In this document: positions 58,101 to 64,000 of the stretch, one piece after another | Layout of the letters: every line of letters starts with the position of its first letter | Position numbering within the stretch: the stretch's first letter is position 1 | DNA from: an archaeon | GTDB taxonomy: Archaea; Nanobdellota; Nanobdellia; Pacearchaeales; GW2011-AR1 | Length of the DNA stretch: 64,000 nt | Assembly: GCA_021107855.1 (NCBI GenBank) | Contig: JAIORZ010000006.1 | Coordinates: 32,480-96,479 of the forward strand | Reading direction: 5' to 3' | The notes under the pieces: generated by a model | What the model was told of the DNA's origin: nothing | Seen by the model: the letters and a program-made list of their open reading frames with translations, nothing else | Database searches by the model: none | Made by a program: the position numbers and the translations under genes

Positions 58101-61100
58101 AATTGTCTTCGACTACTGTTACATTTACATAAATGTTTTCCTGTTCTAGGATTTCCCCGCTGGGTTCGGTTCCAAATGTGTAGTTAATGAGTGGGAGGGT
58201 CAAATCTATGTTTAATGTGAAATTGCTCGTGTTATAAACATTGCCGACTGTATCCTCTACGCTGTAAAACCAATAATAAATTCCTTCGGATAAGAAATCA
58301 TAAATTAAGCCCACTGTTGCTGAAATTGCCCCACCCAATGCTTGGGATGCTGTGTAAATTAGATGACCTGTCTCGTTGAAGATATATAGAGTTGCGTTGA
58401 ATAGTCCAGTTGCATCGTTGAATGTTCCGGTTAGGTTTTGTGTTAAATTGTTTGTATATGAGTTGTCGGATGGGGATACTAAATTTCCCGTTGGTGCTGT
58501 TAAATCTAGATTGATGATTCTTGTTGTGGAGCTGCCATTACGATTGGCTTTGTCATATACTGTTATATTATATTTGTATACTCCGCTAGCTAAACTTGTG
58601 AAGTTGTATTCTCTTGTGTCGTCTGTGAACGATTGGCTCCATTCAAATGCTGTTGAGTTGTAAAGATAAAATGTTATATTCTTGAAATTGTTTTCTATCA
58701 CGTTCGCATCCATGAAGACCCAATTTCTTCCGACATCTGTATCGTTGTCTTCGGTTCCTCCTGCAAATAAAACTTGAGGGTCTGTTACGTCTACGGTGAA
58801 TGTGTAATTTTCTAAGGCGAAGGAATCGTAACCGATTGTGTCGTTGCATTCTACGTTCCATTTGTAACTTCCTTCTTCGGAGATTAAAACATCGAATGCT
58901 GTGAAATTTTGTTCGGCTCCAAAAATTATATTGGAATCATAATTTGCGATATGTTGATAAGATTGATTTATCCAGTTTGTGCTTCTGTTTGTTGAAGAGA
59001 TTCTTATTTCGTCCAATGTTCCAATAAAGTTATGAGCCAGATTGTCATCAAACACTGGATTTGCGTTTACAGATGCACCAATTCTGGCATTACCAGTTCC
59101 TGACAAACCATCACCCATTGTTATCGAGCTTATTAGTTCTCCATTAACGTAAAGGAATTGATCGTTTCCTGCACCTTTGTGACCACCGCAAACATAGTGC
59201 CATTGGTTATCTGCGTAACTAGCTGAAGTATTAATTGCATTGAAATTCCCGTTATAACATTCTGCATATCTAAATTCTCCTGCGGAAGTTACACCAAGCC
59301 CTGTACCGTCTGTTAACCCACCATCCTCTAATATTGTTCCCTGGTGTCCTGTTGAAAATTTTACCCATGCACAATATGTATGTGCTCCGTCTACGTTCCA
59401 CTCTGGGTTTGTTCCTAGATAATCTGAGCCATCGAAATAATCTGCTCCGCCAACAATACCTGGGGAGTCCATATTAGAGTCTGGGTCTATTCCATCTTCG
59501 GCATCGAAATTCCCGAGAGTGTCTAATGCTGTTCCGGATGTGTGGTCGAGATGGTAAACGCTTGTATATGATGAGCTCCAAACTGATGTTGCATTTTCGG
59601 CGTTTTCTGCGTTTGCATTTGCATAATACATACAAATTGTGTTTGCTCCTGTTGTTAGGCTTGGTATTTTTATCCAAACATTTGCGTTTGTTGCACTATA
59701 ATCTTCAATTTCATAATCTAATGAAGTTGAACCTTCTGAGAGGCATGTCCCTGAATAAAATAATAAATCTGAATAATCTCCTGTCTCTGTATGTGATGTT
59801 GATATGTTTAGATAGACCGGGAAATCTGTTAGTGTGGACGAGCCTGTATTTGAAATGTTTATATCTCTTCTATTTTCAAATCCAACATCGCTCCAGTTTC
59901 CGGTATATGTTTCATTGAGATGCCAACCTCCATTCCAGTCTCCGTATAAAGAACAGGCATCAACCCCATCTGGGTCTGTCGCTGCGAAACTAAAATTAAT
60001 ATTTGTTGCTTCTCCATAAAATGAGTCGTTGGATGGTGCAATTAATTCTATTGCTGGACCTGTAATTGAAATGAAGAATGTAACTGAATCTGAACCCATG
60101 TTTCCGAAAGTGTCGTTTGCGAAAAAGTAAATTGTGTGTGTGTCTACTGTTGTGTTGAATGTCGTTGCTGAGTTACAGGTAATGGATTGGTTTGCTCCTC
60201 CGTCTATATTCCACCAGCATGAATCTACGCTTGAAACTTGGTCTGATACTGTGTGCTCCAGGGGAAGGCTTTCGTTATACCCGTATGTTTTTGAGGTTGG
60301 TTTTGTAATTGTTACAATTGGACCTGCGCCATCTAGCCCTATTGAACGGGTTTCTGTCGAGTTTGTATTTCCTGCCCAATCGGTTACTGTGACGTTGTAA
60401 AGATAGTTTTCGTCTGGTAGACTTGTGAAATTAATTTCTCTTGTTGAATTTGTAAACGTCTGGCTGTCTACTAGCCCTCCTGAGTCGTATATGTCGAATT
60501 TTATTTCTTTAAAATTAGTTTCTGTTACGGAAGTATTGATGAATACCCAGTCTCGGTTTCTTATTGTCGCGTTATCTTCTGTTGGTGGGATAAACTCTAT
60601 GGTTGGGAAAGTAGTATCTAGTGTTATTGTTCTGGTGGAGGTTGTATCATTTTGGGATGCTTTGTCAAATATTGTTACGTTGTATTCGTAATTTCCGTCG
60701 GGCAATCCTGTAAAATTGTAAAAAGTTGTTTCCGGTGAATTGGTCTGGCTTTCTACTAGTCCTGACGTATTGTAAAGATTGAAAGTTATGTTGGATGGGT
60801 TTATTTCTGTGAAAGTTGTGTTAACGAAAATCCAGGTTTGGGATTTGTTTGCTGTATCATTTTCTGTTGGTGAGGCGAAATCTATGATTGGGTCTGTGTT
60901 GTCTATTGTTACTTTTCTGGTGTCTGTAGAGCCGGATAATGAAACTTTGTCAAAGACTGTTATATTATAATAATAAGTTCCTTCGGATAATAGGTCCCAA
61001 TTAATTGAACGACGAGAATCTGTATATGTTTTTGGGGCTCCTTCTGGGGATTTTGTTGCGCTGTATAAATAAAATGTGATATTTTCTTCGTTGGGTTCGG

Positions 61101-64000
61101 TAACGGTTACGTTCATGAAAATAGAGGTTCCTGTAAATACGCTGTTGTTTGCTGCTGAATTTGGTGCGAAAGAAACCGCTGGAGCAGTTGTATCTAAAAT
61201 TATTTGTCTTGTTGATGAATATCCTATGTTAGTTGCCAAGTCAACACTTGTTATATTGTAATAATAAACGTCGTCAGAAAGTAATGTCCAGTTAATTTCT
61301 CTGGTTGAGTCTGTGAATGTATTTGGTCCACGGATTTGGGAGCTTCCATTATATAAATTGAAAGTTACGTTGTTGAAATTCTTTTCGTAAATGCTGATAT
61401 TTACATAGACGAAATCCTGTAAAAGAACTGCTCCGTCGGTTTCGGTTGAGGGGATAAATGTGATTACTGGTTCGGTAGAATCTATTTCTATTGAGTTGGA
61501 TGTTGTGTTGTATTCGTTGTCGACTGAATCTCTGATTCTGTAGAACCATGTAAAAACGTCGTCGTATAGGAATGTGTAAACCTTGCCAATGGTTGCCTCT
61601 GTTAATCCTGCTAAATCTATTAAGAATGTGTAAACAACATGCCCTGTTGAATTTATGATGAATAACATTGCGTTTTTTAGTTCTACCGAGTCTGATACAT
61701 TTGCCGTGAAATTATGTGTTACGGAATTTGTAAAATGATTGTCTTCTGGAGAAATCAAAGTTCCACTTGGAAGTTCTGTGTCAATTTCTATTGACCGAGT
61801 TGATGAATTCCCCACTCTTCCTGCTTTATCGTAAACAGTTATATTGTAATAATAGGTTCCGTCGTTTAAGGATGAGAAAGTATGGTTTAATGTGCCGTCG
61901 GAATAGGTTCCGTTTTCAATGTTTATTCCGTTTTCGTATAAATTGAATGTTATATTATCTAGATTTGTTTCTGTTACATTCGCGTCGATGAAAATATAAT
62001 CTACTGCTACTCTGCTTGAATCGGGCAATGTCCCTGAGTCGAAATCTACAACTGGTGCTGTTAAGTCTATTCCAACCGAGTAGTTGTATAGGGCTGTTTC
62101 GTTTAATCCTAGTGTGTCGTTACATTTTACATTCCAATCGTAGTTTCCTTCTGTGGATAGATTGACTGTGAAATTTCCGTATTCTTTTGTTATTTTTGGG
62201 ATTAGTGTTATATTTGCTTCGTCGATGGAAATGTCGCTTGTATATGCTGTTCCGACTACGGCTCTTAGTCTCAGATTTATTTGACCGGAATATGAACCTA
62301 AGTTCACGACTGCTTCCTGCCAGTTGGCTCCTTCTGCGGATTGTTGTTGCCCCGAAAGATTCCATGTATTATTATGCCATCCGGTGCTGTCATTAACGTC
62401 CAAGGAAAGAGTTCCCATAGCTGCCCCATACATGTGATACCAGAATGATATTGTTATGTTGTATGTATCTGCGTCTAGAGAATCGCTTTCTATTGATGCC
62501 CAATGATTTCCTGTATCGTATTCACAATTTTGTCCGCTGGTTGCTTCGGTGAAAAGAAAGTCTGAGCTTCCGGAAGGACTTGGTCCGTAACCACCCGTTG
62601 GTCCGGTGCTTCCAGAAGGGGTGCTCGTGCTTCTCGTGTAGTCACATCCATTGGAATCTCCAACTAATGTCCAATTATCCCATGATGCTGATTCAAAATC
62701 TTCTAATTCTGAATTTTTGGTTCCGAAACTCCAGTTGTAATCTGTTTGATTTAGATGCCAGCCTCCATTCCAGGTTCCGTAGAGGGAACATGAACTGACC
62801 CCCTGGATATCTGTTGCTGAATAATTGAATAAGACTTCTGTTGTTGTTGGATAAATAGTATCGTTTTCTGGGTCTATTAAAGAAATTGCGGGACCGCCTG
62901 TTGAAATTAAAAATGTGACTGAATCCATCCCTACGTTTCCGAAACTGTCGTTTGCAAAATATTTTATTGTGCGCTGACCGTTTGATGTGTTGAAGGTTGT
63001 GGCTGTGTTGCATGTGATTGAATTGTTTGTTCCGTCGTCTATATTCCACCAGCATGAATCTAAGGAACTAATTGCATCTGTTGCGGTTGCGTTAAGGGGG
63101 AGATTTTTGTCTATTCCGTAAGCTTTTGGTTCTGGGTCTATAACATTTATGATTGGTCCTAATGTGTCTAACCCTATTGTTCTGGTTAAGCTAGTTCCCT
63201 TGTTTCCTGCTTTGTCGTAGACTGTTATATTATAATCGTACATTTCAGAAGCTAAACTATTGAATGTGTAATCTCTTGTTGAGTCTGTAAAACTTTGGGT
63301 GACTTCTCCGGATGACTCTGGGTATAAATGGAAAGTTATGTTTTGGAAGTTGATTTCTGTTATTGATGAGTTTATGAATACATAATCACAGCTGAAATTT
63401 TGATTGTCTGCCTCAGTTCCCTCTCCGAAAATAACAACTGGGTCAACATTATCTAAAGTTAGTTGTCTTGTTGGGCTAGATCCCATGTTCCCTGCTTTGT
63501 CCCAGGATGTTACGTTATAATAATAAACTGAATCTGTTAAACCTGGCCAGTTTATCGAGCGAACTGAATTGGCAAATGTTGTGTTGTCGATTAATCCTGA
63601 TGAATTGTATAAATGGAACGTTACGTTTACGAAGTTAGTTTCTGTGACTGTTACTTCTGCGAATATATAGTTACGGGGGAAATATGTATCGTCGTCTTCG
63701 GTTGAACCTGTATAAGTTACGACCGGTAATACATTATCTAAGGTTATGTTTCTCATGACACTTGTATTTGTGTTCCCGTAATCATCCCAGACGACTACCT
63801 CATAATAATATAATCCGTCGGAAAGTAATGTCCAGTTTAGGTAGTTTTGAGTATGGTCTAAAACAGATCTTTCGGGCTGCATTGATTCGTCGTATAAATA
63901 GAAAGAAATATTTTTGAAATTGTCTTCTATTACTGTTACGTTTATGAAAATATTGGTGCCTTTCTTTATTGTGCCGGCTGGCGAGGTTCCTGTTGTGTAT
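52093..64000 (-). CDS. giant modular surface adhesin (more than 3960 aa; 5' end outside window)
   Basis: Frame stays open from 63882 to the window edge (YTTGTSPAGTIKKGTNIFINVTV...). About 100-aa Ig-like repeats, two MAM domains (FW.HMYG..MGTL, SD.SID), DUF2341+LamG, FN3-like module and two terminal repeats. Confidence 0.9.
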   Translation of the reverse strand, partial: YTTGTSPAGTIKKGTNIFINVTVIEDNFKNISFYLYDESMQPERSVLDHTQNYLNWTLLSDGLYYYEVVVWDDYGNTNTSVMRNITLDNVLPVVTYTGSTEDDDTYFPRNYIFAEVTVTETNFVNVTFHLYNSSGLIDNTTFANSVRSINWPGLTDSVYYYNVTSWDKAGNMGSSPTRQLTLDNVDPVVIFGEGTEADNQNFSCDYVFINSSITEINFQNITFHLYPESSGEVTQSFTDSTRDYTFNSLASEMYDYNITVYDKAGNKGTSLTRTIGLDTLGPIINVIDPEPKAYGIDKNLPLNATATDAISSLDSCWWNIDDGTNNSITCNTATTFNTSNGQRTIKYFANDSFGNVGMDSVTFLISTGGPAISLIDPENDTIYPTTTEVLFNYSATDIQGVSSCSLYGTWNGGWHLNQTDYNWSFGTKNSELEDFESASWDNWTLVGDSNGCDYTRSTSTPSGSTGPTGGYGPSPSGSSDFLFTEATSGQNCEYDTGNHWASIESDSLDADTYNITISFWYHMYGAAMGTLSLDVNDSTGWHNNTWNLSGQQQSAEGANWQEAVVNLGSYSGQINLRLRAVVGTAYTSDISIDEANITLIPKITKEYGNFTVNLSTEGNYDWNVKCNDTLGLNETALYNYSVGIDLTAPVVDFDSGTLPDSSRVAVDYIFIDANVTETNLDNITFNLYENGINIENGTYSDGTLNHTFSSLNDGTYYYNITVYDKAGRVGNSSTRSIEIDTELPSGTLISPEDNHFTNSVTHNFTANVSDSVELKNAMLFIINSTGHVVYTFLIDLAGLTEATIGKVYTFLYDDVFTWFYRIRDSVDNEYNTTSNSIEIDSTEPVITFIPSTETDGAVLLQDFVYVNISIYEKNFNNVTFNLYNGSSQIRGPNTFTDSTREINWTLLSDDVYYYNITSVDLATNIGYSSTRQIILDTTAPAVSFAPNSAANNSVFTGTSIFMNVTVTEPNEENITFYLYSATKSPEGAPKTYTDSRRSINWDLLSEGTYYYNITVFDKVSLSGSTDTRKVTIDNTDPIIDFASPTENDTANKSQTWIFVNTTFTEINPSNITFNLYNTSGLVESQTNSPETTFYNFTGLPDGNYEYNVTIFDKASQNDTTSTRTITLDTTFPTIEFIPPTEDNATIRNRDWVFINTSVTETNFKEIKFDIYDSGGLVDSQTFTNSTREINFTSLPDENYLYNVTVTDWAGNTNSTETRSIGLDGAGPIVTITKPTSKTYGYNESLPLEHTVSDQVSSVDSCWWNIDGGANQSITCNSATTFNTTVDTHTIYFFANDTFGNMGSDSVTFFISITGPAIELIAPSNDSFYGEATNINFSFAATDPDGVDACSLYGDWNGGWHLNETYTGNWSDVGFENRRDINISNTGSSTLTDFPVYLNISTSHTETGDYSDLLFYSGTCLSEGSTSLDYEIEDYSATNANVWIKIPSLTTGANTICMYYANANAENAENATSVWSSSYTSVYHLDHTSGTALDTLGNFDAEDGIDPDSNMDSPGIVGGADYFDGSDYLGTNPEWNVDGAHTYCAWVKFSTGHQGTILEDGGLTDGTGLGVTSAGEFRYAECYNGNFNAINTSASYADNQWHYVCGGHKGAGNDQFLYVNGELISSITMGDGLSGTGNARIGASVNANPVFDDNLAHNFIGTLDEIRISSTNRSTNWINQSYQHIANYDSNIIFGAEQNFTAFDVLISEEGSYKWNVECNDTIGYDSFALENYTFTVDVTDPQVLFAGGTEDNDTDVGRNWVFMDANVIENNFKNITFYLYNSTAFEWSQSFTDDTREYNFTSLASGVYKYNITVYDKANRNGSSTTRIINLDLTAPTGNLVSPSDNSYTNNLTQNLTGTFNDATGLFNATLYIFNETGHLIYTASQALGGAISATVGLIYDFLSEGIYYWFYSVEDTVGNVYNTSNFTLNIDLTLPLINYTFGTEPSGEILEQENIYVNVTVVEDNLDNVTFDLYDSGGQIYSHSFGPHDINWTLLSDGLYFYNVTAYDIAGNSNTTETRNITLDNQAPIIDFSSQNEEDEGFISGDTISVYVNVTEANEENITFYLYNETNSPVTNNTFTDKRRTVSWNLLSEGLYYYNVTIFDVVGKSDSTATRSITIDDTDPVLSYMFPTEDNDTAFARDWVQFKVSSVEDNFLNISLSLYNSTGLVSTESFTDTTREFNWTSLPDGNYWYNATMYDKAGNDGSTTTRTIILDNTNPLIEFVSLTLNDGVNNTNNWIFVNTSVTENNFENITFYLFNSTGEVNSTTYTNQITQINFTNLASNEYWYNVSIYDSAENYNKTETRKIGLDFLGPSIAIINPKAKAYGYNISLPLDYNVNDNIVGEDTCWYNLDDGTNTTVSCSGSETFNTSDGQHTLHFFANDTLGNLNYKNVTFLVSTTGPAIQLLLPEDDTFYSAATEVFFNYTAEDPDLTQSCSLWGDFNGTWHLNQTDYNWVIGESGWENESFETASPWNNWTQSTGDDCDWSRNADNDGTPSGSTGPEEDHTLGTIAGHFIFIEATSGQPCGFDQGSPEAVVESENLDADSNDYNVSFWFHMYGADMGTLHLEINDSSGWNSIWSQVGQNQSGQTNDYIYISRSLSEYEGNIKLRFRSITGSGYRSDMSIDDINITFVPASNKPSGNFTLNLSEEGTSIWNVECNDSLGYYTWAVSNYSITFDVTDPVVDFGANTLPDNSNVSQSYIYINSSIIENNFKNITFYIYNSTGLVSSQWFNDSTRNYTFTGLDDGTYYYNITVFDSANRNGSSSTREILLDTTPPGGNLISPSDNTITNNATQNLTGNFSDDNGLKEVILYIYNQTGFVYSQLVSLNGVLSATVGIVYEFLLDGIYTWFYQAEDTIGNLYNTTNYTITIDTTLPTIDFIPLTLNNNTYVSQDYIYLNTSVVETNFENITFKLFNGEGEAYSYTFSTSKRDINWTLLSDDEYFYNVTVWDSAENVNTSETRIITLDNIAPTISYSTGTEIDTANVSQNFVFVNTTITEINFANITFNLYDGGGLINSTTYNTSIKNINWTGLFDDEYFYNVTIFDKAGLTNSLPTRKITLDKTAPLVDFAGSTAPSGSQFERDWIYVDSNVVEANFKNMSYRLYDNDSQIINETTFYSVVNDINFTASGENNTYYYDIIVWDYANNFGVTSTRNITLIDITSPTLVLTSPENITYPYNNGIRLEYDVYDVHLDTCWYSLDGAANTTLPNCQSISMNFVDETGHTINLYVNDTMGYMNSSNVTFFVNSSLIETPTYKVLSGSTFVDGNATETIEITDMSKSFILHTSRASDNGPDTLQIISKFSKSNEVTFSNYNTGAGAIVDWNLISGPDIEVQRGEISFSYEANLSLNIGQVNLSNSFVVVYSKLSSGNSADNVEGFFTGEFIDDSNVVFRRDNGTSSGVLSWQVVSWDNTDVQSGNTIITDGNSDSGAVSISAVNLNESFIIFSDNLIGDDSVEDSFIKGNFSDSSNLIFNRRGTSGNASINYFVITSDLFNSQREDYNHLISSSEQIINLQHNLINTERSFNIHSNDNDGATTTYANAFVTQAIKNTTSLSLQKGVGSSAGTTSWFAVEIKDLNSPTINLTSPIDNYNYTSHTVGPFNFTIDDESNMTNCSLYGTWNGGWHLNQTIYSVNAEVENNFSMVDVGTSNYYNWSVICFDIYGNNDSSTNYTFSSFLPPSMPEFMNITQSANNGTGSIILEWNESLEVVKYKVYSSPNVTDFTLMNETTELNYTDDTFSGNKRRFYKVEAWNPSGTNISDYTFGAHVYGLKHNTSAVHSIKNRNWIAFPTNFTYLKNANDTLNEIIGAVAVSQLNKSSQKQVTCNTFSCPETISCTDTACNFELVAGAGYEISLNVSESSQVNWSGVGVVYDPIQIPLVYDETGTRMNKNWISMTAGTTMTNAQELTASLLGEDAVTRWDPEFQISQGYLGEVCFWFGCIPLGTNFNITMEEGYEISVTQDSAWTQQ

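Noticed and set aside
20273-63055. Many 60-130 aa ORFs opposite or inside the giant genes
   Set aside because: Antisense or off-frame by-products of long ORFs with biased codon use.
1-64000. CRISPR array or cas genes
   Set aside because: No regularly spaced identical repeats with spacers and no Cas motifs seen.
52093-64000. Diversity-generating retroelement acting on the adhesins
   Set aside because: No reverse transcriptase in the window and no TR/VR pair with adenine-specific mismatches noticed; the repeats are diverged protein repeats.
1-64000. Alternative genetic code or stop-codon readthrough
   Set aside because: Conserved genes and ORFs over 10 kb translate intact with the standard code, and all three stop codons are used.

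Overview
Archaeal window, most likely DPANN (Nanobdellota, Pacearchaeota-like), judged from the short divergent ribosomal and RNAP proteins and the gene content. (1) 1-4026 is the right end of an integrated island: a serine recombinase C-terminus, a secreted Cys-repeat protein, an HNH nuclease and a YkgJ-like protein, ending in an orphan tRNA 3' end (att-like) beside a lone 5S rRNA. (2) 4.2-15 kb is core genome: rpoN, a MacB/LolCDE-type ABC system, and the rpl21e-rpoF-DUF655-rps13-rps4-rps11-rpoD-rpl18e-rpl13-rps9 cluster, with two small related ORFs interleaved. (3) 15 kb to beyond 64 kb is the main finding, a locus of about 49 kb or more for what looks like an uncharacterised cell-surface filament/attachment apparatus. 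It has two families of paralogous secreted subunits and two giant modular adhesins (3668 aa and more than 3960 aa). It also has a 1214-aa membrane-spanning HerA/VirB4-like ATPase whose extracellular part, like the C-terminus of one adhesin, carries the subunit domain. A DUF916-like protein, MinD with a DUF5752-like partner, SpoIIM and several small regulators with visible operators complete the locus. All family assignments are by eye from motifs; no searches were run.
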